IMG/VR virus record: IMGVR_UViG_3300023214_000125
Span: 1-56,431 of that record
Reading direction: 5' to 3' (one strand)
From: a virus
Taxonomy: Duplodnaviria; Caudoviricetes
Length of the DNA: 56,431 nt
Below the pieces are notes generated by a model. That model was not told where the DNA came from. It worked only from the letters and a program-made list of their open reading frames with translations, and searched no databases. Below are positions 27,364 to 36,572 of this stretch, piece after piece; position 1 is the stretch's first letter, and the number at the start of each line of letters is the position of its first letter. Made by a program: the position numbers and the translations under genes.

Positions 27364-27886
27364 CGTCCACCCCCCGCTTGATGAGCACGGCTTCGATATT
27401 CGCCGCCGGAGACCAGGTCAGAAATTTTATCTTCCACGGCTTCGGCTTATAGATATTGTACAACATACCTCCCGTACGCGGCTCCTCCGGATCGAAGTAG
27501 GCGAAACGCGTCTCATTCAATGCATTACAATGCGTCGGATCTTGCAGGAATCCTTGACTACTCCCATGCGGACAGGCGATGGCGAACTCGCCGCCCGGCT
27601 TCAATATGCGCCACACCTCATCCATAAACTCGATGAATAGAAAGCGGGTGCCGTGCTCCGGCGTCCAAATCACGGGCGGAATGTGTTCGACCAGATGCGA
27701 GCACATGGCAACCAGTACCGACTCGTCCGGTAACGGCCACGGCTTACGGTGGATGTCATGCACGATGTCCACATCGTGCAGGTCGCGCACATCCATACCC
27801 ACGAAGCCTCTTTGCTTGTTCGCCCCACATCCAATGTCGAGGCGGATGCCGGAAGCATCATCGATTATCTGCTGTATATCTTGCAC
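27356..27886 (-). CDS. Class I SAM-dependent methyltransferase
   Basis: LDIGCG, SHLVEH and EVWRILKPGG motifs; GTG start after AAGGA. Confidence 0.85.
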   Translation of the reverse strand: MQDIQQIIDDASGIRLDIGCGANKQRGFVGMDVRDLHDVDIVHDIHRKPWPLPDESVLVAMCSHLVEHIPPVIWTPEHGTRFLFIEFMDEVWRILKPGGEFAIACPHGSSQGFLQDPTHCNALNETRFAYFDPEEPRTGGMLYNIYKPKPWKIKFLTWSPAANIEAVLIKRGVDDD

Positions 27887-27894
27887 TGGTATCC

Positions 27895-28359
27895 TTACGA
27901 GAAAGTAATATCGTACGTGCAATTAACCTGCTGGTTGGTGGCAACCGAGCTAGATGCATAGGTATTGCCCGCGAAAATCGTGCCACCGGATGACGTATTG
28001 AACAGTCCGATGTTGGATATATTGCGCGTATCCGTCACGAAACTATCCGAACTAGCAAATGTGGCCGTCAGGCGCAGTGTTTTGCTATTACTCGATGTGG
28101 CCGCCGTGACGGCCACGCGCACATCTTCGGCGAGTTCGCCATTGAGTGAAGTATCAGTCAACCCCGGCTCCGTGCCGGTTCCCAGTGCCATGTGTGAAAT
28201 CTGCTTGCTACCTGAAACAGCACCCAACCCTGATACTAGATACTGATTGAATCCCAGGTTGACAATGGCGTTTTCCTGCCAACCTGTATCACCCACTATC
28301 TTGTCATTTTCTGTGATATGTACCCGAAAAAATCCGCGCGGTTTAATTACATCTTCCAT
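27895..28359 (-). CDS. Fibre N-terminal/anchor-like virion protein
   Basis: HMALGTG...DTSL and ISNIGLF motifs typical of fibre collar/anchor domains. Confidence 0.65.
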   Translation of the reverse strand: MEDVIKPRGFFRVHITENDKIVGDTGWQENAIVNLGFNQYLVSGLGAVSGSKQISHMALGTGTEPGLTDTSLNGELAEDVRVAVTAATSSNSKTLRLTATFASSDSFVTDTRNISNIGLFNTSSGGTIFAGNTYASSSVATNQQVNCTYDITFS

Positions 28360-28369
28360 TGTTCTTCTC

Positions 28370-31117
28370 CTAAGAAACCACGAATGTTCTATTTTCGTTC
28401 GGTATGATAAACGTCCGGCCTTCACCTGCAATGGTGTGTGTCCGACTCGCCGGTACGACTACCGCCGCGACCATCACGACCACGACATCGGAGAGACTGA
28501 TGCTATCGGACACGGTGACCAACTTGGTGTCACCTCCGACGGTTGGCGCATCAGCAACGTGGGTCGAGTCATTGACCGACAACGGCAGTAGCGGATTGGC
28601 AACTGTGGGGTCATCCAGCAGTCCCACCGCATCGGTAATACTGATATTCAAGGCGCCTACCACGCCCGGAACTACAGTCGCACTGTCGGCAACGTCAACT
28701 GCATCGGCGACAGTGACCGCCGGCGCACTGATGGCGACAGTACGCAGTTCTGCAACAGCGACACCATCTGACACAGATACCGCCAGCGCGCCAATAGCAA
28801 CGATCGGCGTATCATTTAATCCGGCGGTGTCGCTGACGCTAACCGCTACCAGTAGGCGGACGGTCGGGCTATCGGTAATACTCGTCGCATCGGATACGCT
28901 GATGCCCAATGCGCTAGTCGCAAGTGTCAGCGTATCAGCCACCACTGCCGCGTCAGATACGCTGATTGTGGCCGTGTCACCGGCCACAGCGTTGACCGTC
29001 GGCGTGTCCGTGAGGCTCGCGCTGTCGGTAACACTCACCTGCGGGACGCTGACTGTTTGCACTGGTGTGTCCGCCAGGCTTGCCGTATCCGTCGCTGCGA
29101 TGTAACTGAGTAGCCGCACTGAGGGCGTATCACTCACCCCGACTGCATCCGACACGTTGACGCTGACAGCGTCAAACACCTCGACGCTGACCGTAGGCGT
29201 ATCGGATACACTTGCGGCGTCCGATGCGTCAATCTGCAGCGCAGATGTTGTCAGTGTCGGCGCGTCAGCAATCGACGCCGCGTCCGAAACGTCCGCATGA
29301 CTCAACAAGCGCTGCGTTAGCGTGTCATTCAGCCCGGCCGCGTCGCTGACGATAATACTCAGTACTGCATCTACCGTGGGCGTGTCAGTGATGCCGGCTG
29401 AATCATTGACCGATATGCCGATGGTTAGGTTAGTGGTCGGCGTATCTGCAACCGCGACCGAGTCGGACACAACAGCCTGCGGGTCGCTCGCTGTAACTAC
29501 TGGCGTGTCGCTCAGGCTCGTTGTATCTGACACCCAAATCGAGTTAACCAGTTGCGCCGTCGGCGTGTCGGCTATCGAGGACGTATCGCTAGCGCTCGCC
29601 TGCGGTGCGCTGGTCGTGAGCGTAGGCGTATCACTGGCGCTTGCGCTGTCGCTTACGTTTGGCGCCGGGTCGCCGCCGCCCGCCTCGGTGTACTCGATGT
29701 GCAGTTTGGCGGCCTGCGCGGGATCAAAATTATAGGTGCGAACTTCGCCTTTGACCGTATCGACATTGGCCTCGGAGATAAATAGCATCCCATTACCGCT
29801 AGCCCAGCCGGCGCGGTCCACAACTTCTTGCACAGGAGAAACCAGTGATGGCGTATCGTGATAGCCGCCCGCACCAGTCTCGGTGTCCCACAGGGCCGAT
29901 GCGGTGGTGCGCGGGCGGCTATCGATATCGAGCGTTCCGGAAAAAGAATTAAAATCTTTGGCATCGTCTGCGTCTTCGCAGAAAAAATCAGCATCAAAAG
30001 TATCGTTGTTGGTGTTGCGCACGTACAACGACAGATACGCTACATCAATTGTCGCACCCTGTGGCACCGTGGGCGAAAAGTGCCAGCCGCCATAATAGAA
30101 TGCCGAGTTGTTGTTTATACGCAGCGACACGGGATTCGCGTTGAACGCGCCGTCTGCCTCCTCCGCCTCCAGATCCAACGCGCCGATGGTCTGGTCGATG
30201 GTCGGGTCAAACACGAGCAAGCCATCGGGCAACGCGGCCATGTGGTCGGCGCGCATCCCCACGAGCAAATAGGTTGCGCCTCCGGTCGTGTAGATGCGCT
30301 TGCGTAGCCGTTGGCGGGCGATTTCGTCGCCTTCGGCATCAAGCACAATGGCGTCATCGACGGGCAAAAATGCCAGAAGGCGCTCGGCGGTATCCTGCAA
30401 TTCGATTGTACCGCTATCATCATCGAAATCGCCTGACACATCCTGCGTTAGTCCATTTTTCACCCAACGCGGGATGCCCGAATGGTCAAGCTCGAATACC
30501 CAGGTGAAATAGGTTTCCTCCAGGGGCGTGCTCGGCGGCGCATTGTTGGCGATCCACGTGCGGCCCGCCTGATTGAGCGTAATGTCCTCTTTGAGTCCGT
30601 CGCCATTGACGCGCCATCGCACCGACACATCCCCGCCGCCCGGCGTGGACCACAGCCCACCCCACGTAGCGACAGACTCGACCGGGATACTCTCGCCAGT
30701 CGTGTCGAGCGTGATACTGTTTATTTGGTTGTTAAGGTTCTGGCGATTGTACGTCGCCGTGCCGCCGATTTGCGTGAAATCGCGCTCCGGCCAGTGCAAC
30801 CAGCCGAACTGCTCCAGCCGAAACAGCAGCCAATGTGCACCCTGCCGCCCGCCGAAGCCAACCCATCCGTCTGTGGCCTTGTCGCCCGGCTGACCGAGTG
30901 CGTAGTGCCAATCGTTGTCTGTAATGCGCCAGCCATCAAGCTGCTCATTTTGTACCCGCTGCGGCGTGGCGTCGACAGGCGTGTCGTACTCGCCCGAATC
31001 GAGCGCGGATTCATAGTGCAGAGCAGTGCGCGCCATGTCGATGGCGCGCTTGTCCGGTTGCGTATCGTTCTGGTATTCGACTGAACGCTGAGCGCGTCGT
31101 ACAACCTGCCAGGCCAT
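28370..31117 (-). CDS. Large virion fibre/adhesin-like protein with Ser/Thr/Asp/Val repeats
   Basis: 915 aa; many ~19-aa SVSDxAxxxDTPT units in the C-terminal half. Confidence 0.7.
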   Translation of the reverse strand: MAWQVVRRAQRSVEYQNDTQPDKRAIDMARTALHYESALDSGEYDTPVDATPQRVQNEQLDGWRITDNDWHYALGQPGDKATDGWVGFGGRQGAHWLLFRLEQFGWLHWPERDFTQIGGTATYNRQNLNNQINSITLDTTGESIPVESVATWGGLWSTPGGGDVSVRWRVNGDGLKEDITLNQAGRTWIANNAPPSTPLEETYFTWVFELDHSGIPRWVKNGLTQDVSGDFDDDSGTIELQDTAERLLAFLPVDDAIVLDAEGDEIARQRLRKRIYTTGGATYLLVGMRADHMAALPDGLLVFDPTIDQTIGALDLEAEEADGAFNANPVSLRINNNSAFYYGGWHFSPTVPQGATIDVAYLSLYVRNTNNDTFDADFFCEDADDAKDFNSFSGTLDIDSRPRTTASALWDTETGAGGYHDTPSLVSPVQEVVDRAGWASGNGMLFISEANVDTVKGEVRTYNFDPAQAAKLHIEYTEAGGGDPAPNVSDSASASDTPTLTTSAPQASASDTSSIADTPTAQLVNSIWVSDTTSLSDTPVVTASDPQAVVSDSVAVADTPTTNLTIGISVNDSAGITDTPTVDAVLSIIVSDAAGLNDTLTQRLLSHADVSDAASIADAPTLTTSALQIDASDAASVSDTPTVSVEVFDAVSVNVSDAVGVSDTPSVRLLSYIAATDTASLADTPVQTVSVPQVSVTDSASLTDTPTVNAVAGDTATISVSDAAVVADTLTLATSALGISVSDATSITDSPTVRLLVAVSVSDTAGLNDTPIVAIGALAVSVSDGVAVAELRTVAISAPAVTVADAVDVADSATVVPGVVGALNISITDAVGLLDDPTVANPLLPLSVNDSTHVADAPTVGGDTKLVTVSDSISLSDVVVVMVAAVVVPASRTHTIAGEGRTFIIPNENRTFVVS

Positions 31118-32436
31118 TAGTTTGGATACTCAATCCAGCCGCTCGATTCGCCATTGAAATAGACGTCGTAATCCAGGTCTGCGGCAGTGTAGCCATTCTG
31201 ATCATCCACGTACTCATACAATGCTGTGTACGGGTCATCCGCCGGAACATGCAGGTTGACTATCGAAAGCGGTACGCAATCTAAACCAACCTCGGTGCAG
31301 CCCTCGACAATCTGTCCGTACCGGTCCGTGTAGCCCTCGAAGTTGACAACGTTGTCGCCGCCGCCGTCTAGACGTCGGTCCCCAAAAAAGGAAAACTGGT
31401 GCAGCTCCATCGTGCTACCGTTGTACTCGGTCGGATTGCCGAGATACACGCCCCCAGGATCGAACGAGTCAATGTTGTGCCACACGTCAACGCTGTTCAG
31501 CGCCACCTTGTTGACCATCGCTGTCCCGCGGTTGTGACCGTACCAGTTTGAGGATGCGCGCGTTCCCGGCGTAAATGGAGACCAACCATGTTGACGCTTT
31601 GGCCCGGTTGGATGATTGACGTTGGCGTAATTGATGCCGTCGCCCAGGTCAATCACACACGGAAACTCCTGCGCGTCTGGATTCGGGTGCGATTTCGTGG
31701 GCGTGCATGGGTAGGGTTTCGACGTGCCCGGTGCAATCTCAGTAGAGAGATATCCGTAATCGAGCCAACCGCCATTGCGCACGATTCCGCAATTGTTCGT
31801 ACCCGTCATGCAAACGCGCGCTTCGTACCAATACGAATGGTACCGGGTGACCGCGCCGGTTCCGGCGAAAATGGCGTGGTACTGTACGCGCAAATCAGTC
31901 ATGCAGCCTTGTCCCTTGCCGACGCAATCCAGGTCCCGCCGCACCAACCAGCCGTATCCCTCGTGTTTGTTGGTGTTTTCGTTGGGCGTCTGCCAGGGAT
32001 ACGAAATTTCTCCACCCGCCATATCGTAATAATCCGTACCGAAAATATCGTCAACAGCGTGCGGATTGTCCTTGTGTTCGTGGTCGTAGTGGCAACCATG
32101 CTCGTAATTCCAAAGGCCATGCCACGCGCGCGGATCGTGCAATTCGTCTGCGCATTTCGGGGCATCGGCGTAGGGTTCCACGTTGCCGACCGGCTCAGGC
32201 GTAGGCGTGGGCGGTTCCGGCGTGGGGGTAGGCGTTGGTTCTGTCGTGGCAGTTGGATCGGGCGTGGGCGCAACTTCTTCGTAACACCGGATCACTATTT
32301 TGTTGTCTATTATTCTCTGCCAAACTATATGGTTTAACTCGCACGTCATTTCACTAATCAACTCAACCTGTTGCGCTGTTACTGACGCAGGTATCAGAAA
32401 AATCAGAAATGCCGCAACAAATAAAAAGCGTTTCAT
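31117..32436 (-). CDS. Secreted protein with Pro-Thr linker
   Basis: MKRFLFVAAFLIFLIPASVTA signal peptide; PTPTP linker; His/Cys-rich domain; SD GGAGG. Confidence 0.75.
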   Translation of the reverse strand: MKRFLFVAAFLIFLIPASVTAQQVELISEMTCELNHIVWQRIIDNKIVIRCYEEVAPTPDPTATTEPTPTPTPEPPTPTPEPVGNVEPYADAPKCADELHDPRAWHGLWNYEHGCHYDHEHKDNPHAVDDIFGTDYYDMAGGEISYPWQTPNENTNKHEGYGWLVRRDLDCVGKGQGCMTDLRVQYHAIFAGTGAVTRYHSYWYEARVCMTGTNNCGIVRNGGWLDYGYLSTEIAPGTSKPYPCTPTKSHPNPDAQEFPCVIDLGDGINYANVNHPTGPKRQHGWSPFTPGTRASSNWYGHNRGTAMVNKVALNSVDVWHNIDSFDPGGVYLGNPTEYNGSTMELHQFSFFGDRRLDGGGDNVVNFEGYTDRYGQIVEGCTEVGLDCVPLSIVNLHVPADDPYTALYEYVDDQNGYTAADLDYDVYFNGESSGWIEYPN

Positions 32437-32452
32437 GGTGCCTCCGTTTTGA

Positions 32453-32505
32453 AAACCCAACCGCTTTAGCCTAAACCCAACCGCTTTAGCCTTGGGAACA
32501 GTCAT
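32453..32505 (+). repeat. IS200/IS605 right-end remnant with 20-bp tandem duplication
   Basis: AAACCCAACCGCTTTAGCCT x2 then TGGGAACAGTCAT; resembles the tnpB element right end. Confidence 0.6.
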
Positions 32506-32696
32506 TCTTGAGTAGTTGACTCTGTCCGTGTCGAATTCGGCATAATGTACATGAGCACGGCCATAATCAAAGTCGAAATGTATACAGCCACGTCGGGCGG
32601 AATTTGCACCGCATACAATTCACCAGCCAGCCACACCGTAAGGCCAGTCAACGCACCAGCCACCGTTCCGACAGTCACTTTTCGATCAGGTTGCAT
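32502..32696 (-). CDS. Putative holin
   Basis: 64 aa with two hydrophobic segments and a polar tail. Confidence 0.7.
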   Translation of the reverse strand: MQPDRKVTVGTVAGALTGLTVWLAGELYAVQIPPDVAVYISTLIMAVLMYIMPNSTRTESTTQE

Positions 32697-32703
32697 AATC
32701 CCC

Positions 32704-33975
32704 TCATCCGTAAATCACGCGGCCCGACTCGTCGCGGGGCCCAGCCCAACCGCGCCCGCGCGGCACGCCTGCGCCGGACGATTTTCCGCACAGCACATCG
32801 TGCAAATAATCTTTGAGAATGTCTTGCAATTGCGGGCGAATCTCCGCGATGACCTTGTCAACGATATCCGCATCATTCACCGCCGACATGGCTATCGAGT
32901 AAATCTCCGCAACTTGTTCTTCCGTGAACACGGCGGAATCGCCGGGACCATCCGGCTCATCAGGGCCGCCCGGATCGTCGGGCCCACCCGGATCAACTAC
33001 GGGGAATCCGCTATCCAGATAATCCCGAATCTCATCGAAAACGGAATCGTCTTCATTCGTAATCATGGCGGCGCCACCGCTCAGAACATGATCCGTGCTA
33101 TGCCATGCATTGCGCGCGGTCGCCGCCCAACCCCCCTCGCGCATCCGAATGGGTGGAATCATATGATTGCGGAAAATATAAATTTCTTCGGGCGCACGGT
33201 CGATATCCACCCGATCTATTTTCAATCCCTGCGGCGTATCACCAATGTGACACGCATACAGCCAGACATCGCGCGCGTCCGGCAGTTTGATGTCGTTCGC
33301 ATTATCACGCAGAATGCATCCAGCAATATCGCCAATCGCCGCGTGCGAATCCAGACCATATCCACCCGATCCGGACACCACGCAGCTATACACCAAGAAG
33401 CTTTTGCTCTGCCGGTCGTTCCCCGTGTTCGCGCTAATACCGTGAAAGCGTCCCGTGTTCCGCACGGTGGCAAATGCCACCGTGGCGCGATCGCTGTAAT
33501 CGTACTTAATCGCATTGCGCCCGATATTTTCCACGGTGACGTTGCACGCTGCGACGTTGTCACAGCCACGAAACAGGATGCCGTACTCGTTGTCGCGGTT
33601 GCCGGTGCCAACGATACGCACATTACAAATCGCCACATTGCTGCACTGGTCGATATCGAAAATCATGGACCCGTGTCGGGACCGCACCGTATATCCATCT
33701 CCGAATATCAAGAGCGGTTCCGTTTCGCGCGTCCAGTCAATTCGCTCATCCATTTCGATGTCATCCGTAAGGTGGATGATGCCGCCGTTTCCGCTCAGCG
33801 CGCGCACAGCCTGCACCAAAGCATCGCCGGACCCCACATCGATCATGTTGTCCATCGACAACAAACGCATGAATTCATCTGTGTTGAATCCCAAGGCCGG
33901 CCGCGCTAGCCGATGCCATGCGCCAGTGGTCAAATCCTGAAAATTCCCGTCTGGCAGTATGCTGTTGTAGTCCAT
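32704..33975 (-). CDS. Right-handed parallel beta-helix (pectate-lyase-like) protein
   Basis: CSNVAICNVRI / CDNVAACNVTV / YGILF-type repeats. Confidence 0.75.
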   Translation of the reverse strand: MDYNSILPDGNFQDLTTGAWHRLARPALGFNTDEFMRLLSMDNMIDVGSGDALVQAVRALSGNGGIIHLTDDIEMDERIDWTRETEPLLIFGDGYTVRSRHGSMIFDIDQCSNVAICNVRIVGTGNRDNEYGILFRGCDNVAACNVTVENIGRNAIKYDYSDRATVAFATVRNTGRFHGISANTGNDRQSKSFLVYSCVVSGSGGYGLDSHAAIGDIAGCILRDNANDIKLPDARDVWLYACHIGDTPQGLKIDRVDIDRAPEEIYIFRNHMIPPIRMREGGWAATARNAWHSTDHVLSGGAAMITNEDDSVFDEIRDYLDSGFPVVDPGGPDDPGGPDEPDGPGDSAVFTEEQVAEIYSIAMSAVNDADIVDKVIAEIRPQLQDILKDYLHDVLCGKSSGAGVPRGRGWAGPRDESGRVIYG

Positions 33976-34004
33976 CTGTCCTCCCTACAAGAAATAGCGC
34001 AGAT

Positions 34005-34035
34005 AGCCAACGGCTTTAGTCGTGGGAGCAGTCAC
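34005..34035 (+). repeat. IS200/IS605 right-end remnant
   Basis: AGCCAACGGCTTTAGTCGTGGGAGCAGTCAC. Confidence 0.65.
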
Positions 34036-34796
34036 CCTCCGAAGAATATGTGCCAGGCGATGATTGCCAGCAGCAGCGTATTAAATGCCGTGCCGATGCT
34101 GCCCCAACGGAACCAGCGTAGCAAGCCGATTTGCAGCGAGTCATCATCGCCGAAAATGGCGTTCCACAGGCGGTCGACCAATCGCTCCAGGCGCACCAAC
34201 ATTTCTTGTCGCGCCGCGCTGGTTCGCTCTATTTGCTCCATGCGCGCCTCTAGCCGCGACAACCGCGCTTTCAGTTGAGAATCACTCACGTCGGTTACAC
34301 CCATCCCAGTCGGCCGATTTTCCCAAAATCTATACACATTTGCGCCGTCCGGCGCGGCACGAGCGAGTGCCTTCCGCACATTGCCCGTCGAGGCCAGCGC
34401 CAACGCAAACAGCCGCGCCGTGCGCCAGGCCGTGACGTCCGGTACACGCGAACTGGTGGCAATCACGTCAGCGCGCGTCGCGGCACGAATCGTGTCCACC
34501 AATGCCATAGACTCACACGAGTTAAGGAATATCCAGCTTGCGCCGGCGGCGGCAATGTACTGCGTCAGCGCGTGGGCGTCCAGGCGCTCGCCGTTGCTGA
34601 GCCAGACACCGGAGGCATCACCGTGCGTCGCAAACCAAATGCCGTCGTAGGGCCCATCGTTGATGGCTGCGATGATGTCCTTCTCCGTGACAGTACCTTG
34701 TACCAGGCGTCCATCGATGGCATTGCGCAGCCCCGCGGCCTCATCCGGAATATTCGGTAGGTCTGGGTGGAACGGTGCGACAATCAGAATATTCAT
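34032..34796 (-). CDS. CHAT (caspase-like) domain protein with coiled coil and C-terminal TM
   Basis: WFATHG and IFLNSCES carry the His/Cys dyad motifs; hydrophobic C-terminus. Confidence 0.75.
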   Translation of the reverse strand: MNILIVAPFHPDLPNIPDEAAGLRNAIDGRLVQGTVTEKDIIAAINDGPYDGIWFATHGDASGVWLSNGERLDAHALTQYIAAAGASWIFLNSCESMALVDTIRAATRADVIATSSRVPDVTAWRTARLFALALASTGNVRKALARAAPDGANVYRFWENRPTGMGVTDVSDSQLKARLSRLEARMEQIERTSAARQEMLVRLERLVDRLWNAIFGDDDSLQIGLLRWFRWGSIGTAFNTLLLAIIAWHIFFGG

Positions 34797-34808
34797 GCGC
34801 CACCAATG

Positions 34809-34929
34809 AAAAACGCCTCGATTCTCCCAGGAGTTGGGTGTCTCCCTTTGGGTGTCGAGGCGGGTGGTCAGGAATTAAATGCACAAATCGCGAGACGGGC
34901 AATCAATCCTGACCACCCGCCTCGCGATT
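34809..34929 (-). promoter_or_regulatory. Late-operon leader with alternative terminator/antiterminator stems
   Basis: 34929-34916 pairs with 34899-34886; 34924-34907 pairs with 34873-34856 (18 bp); 34862-34855 pairs with 34821-34814, followed by TTTTT. Confidence 0.65.
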
Positions 34930-34937
34930 CTGAGTCG

Positions 34938-34967
34938 ATTGTAGCACACGAGTGCACGTGTGCGCAA
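34938..34967 (-). promoter_or_regulatory. Putative late promoter
   Basis: TTGCGC-18bp-TACAAT with extended TG; palindrome GCACACG...CGTGTGC overlapping the spacer. Confidence 0.55.
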
Positions 34968-34987
34968 CCTACGCCACCAGAATATGA

Positions 34988-36136
34988 CTACTCCCCACGC
35001 CTAAAGGCGGGGGCTTCTATAGCTTCATCCGGCGAACCGGCGCTAATGCTCGCTAGCCCGCGAGCAAGAATATTCAAAGCGGCGTTGTGGTCTCGATTGA
35101 GACGCAACCCGCAGCGAGGACAATCATGGACGCGGACGCGTATATCTTTCGGGACAACTTGACCACAACCGGAGCATTCCTGCGTTGTACCTCTGGGGTT
35201 AACGTGTGCCACGCCCCTACCAGCATCTTCCGCTTTGTAGGTGGTGAACTGCACGAATTGACCCCAAGCCACATCCGCAATGCCGCGGCTGATCACTTTG
35301 TTGCCGTTAGACTGCATGTCCTGAATGTCGAGTTTTTCAAAGGCAATGAACTGGTATTCATTCACCAGCTTGCGAGACTCTTGATGCGCAAAATTCTTGC
35401 GTCGGTTCGCTACGCGCTGGTAGGCGTGATTGAGCGCCCGAATCACCTTGCGCCGCTCTGGGCTACCCTTCGCAAAGCGCTCTTTCTTGCGTTGCAGACG
35501 TGCGATGTCTTTGGCGTCTCTATCCATCCAGCGTTTGCGCTCGATCTTGTCACCGTTGCTGAAGTAGGCAAAGGTGGTCAACCCCAAGTCGATGCCGACA
35601 ACCTTGTCGGTGGGCGGCAGCGGATTGGATTCGCATTCGCAGGAGAAACAGGCATACCAGTTGCCGACCGCATCACGCTGGATGGTCAGTGTTTTAATAT
35701 CGGCACAGATAGGCCGGTGCAGCTTAATGCGCACGTCGCCCACCTTGGATATCGTCAGATTGTCGCCAACCAGCTTAAACCCGGACTGCTTGAAGGTGAA
35801 AGAGTCGTACCGACCGTGCCCCTTAAAACGTGGGTATCCGGGCTTTTCACCAGACTTGACACGACGAAAGAACGCTTTGAACGCCAGATCAACACGTTCC
35901 TGTACGTTCTGCAAAACCTGAGAGTGAACCTGCGTCAGGTTCGGATCCTCAGCTTTCCACTGCGTCAGGAGTTTATTGCTGTCGTACAGACTGACAGATC
36001 GCCCGTCTTGCTCATACGCATCTTTGCGATAGCCAAGCGTGCTATTGTAGACGCGACGGCATATCTCAAGCGTGCTATTGAGCAGGGTTCGCTGCGATTT
36101 GGTTGGAAATAGGCGGTACTTGTATGTCAGTCTCAT
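34988..36136 (-). CDS. tnpB: TnpB RNA-guided endonuclease
   Basis: YKYRLFPT, VVGIDLG, IAFEKL, CSGCG...CPRCG and RDHNAALNI; RuvC D-E-D intact. Confidence 0.95.
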   Translation of the reverse strand: MRLTYKYRLFPTKSQRTLLNSTLEICRRVYNSTLGYRKDAYEQDGRSVSLYDSNKLLTQWKAEDPNLTQVHSQVLQNVQERVDLAFKAFFRRVKSGEKPGYPRFKGHGRYDSFTFKQSGFKLVGDNLTISKVGDVRIKLHRPICADIKTLTIQRDAVGNWYACFSCECESNPLPPTDKVVGIDLGLTTFAYFSNGDKIERKRWMDRDAKDIARLQRKKERFAKGSPERRKVIRALNHAYQRVANRRKNFAHQESRKLVNEYQFIAFEKLDIQDMQSNGNKVISRGIADVAWGQFVQFTTYKAEDAGRGVAHVNPRGTTQECSGCGQVVPKDIRVRVHDCPRCGLRLNRDHNAALNILARGLASISAGSPDEAIEAPAFRRGE

Positions 36137-36143
36137 ACCGCAT

Positions 36144-36172
36144 AGTATACAGCGTTTTACGTAGATTGTCAA
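36144..36172 (-). promoter_or_regulatory. tnpB promoter (probably leaderless mRNA)
   Basis: TTGACA-17bp-TATACT ending 8 nt before the ATG. Confidence 0.7.
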
Positions 36173-36336
36173 TTACGTAAAAGAACATTCATTCTAATTG
36201 AGGGTTTATCCTGCTTCGCAGATGAGAGGGGGAAATTCATCCCCATAGATGAATCAAGGGGCTTTCTTTCCCCCTCTCAAACTCTCCCTATTTATGTAAT
36301 GCCTGAGAATTCTATCGGTATACACCGCCTGTTTGT

Positions 36337-36570
36337 TCATGATTCCCCTCTTCTCGAGATGATCTCGATTTGCACGCCAACGCAATCTCGAACGTCCGCG
36401 CCGCTTTTTAGCGTAGCGACGCATTCCGGCGTGTCGAGACAAATGCAATCGCCAGTATCCTCGACTTCAATCTCTGCAGTTCCGCTGCGGCCATGCAGCA
36501 CTATGATTTGCTTGTACTGGCCTATAGGAATAATCTCAATTTCCACTCTGTCCACGCTTCTCTCCTTCAT
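36337..36570 (-). CDS. Hypothetical protein, paralog A
   Basis: Nearly identical core to 37846..38055. Confidence 0.65.
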   Translation of the reverse strand: MKERSVDRVEIEIIPIGQYKQIIVLHGRSGTAEIEVEDTGDCICLDTPECVATLKSGADVRDCVGVQIEIISRRGES

Positions 36571-36572
36571 GA

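Larger units (their letters stand above)
34984..36280 (-). mobile_element. tnpB-only IS200/IS605-family element (IS1341-like)
   Basis: Right end GAAGCCCCCGCCTTTAGGCGTGGGGAGTAGTCAT; left-end hairpin 36223-36279 (boundary approximate); no tnpA. Confidence 0.85.

Noticed and set aside
28400-29670. DNA repeat array
   Set aside because: Periodicity is at the protein level with degenerate codons
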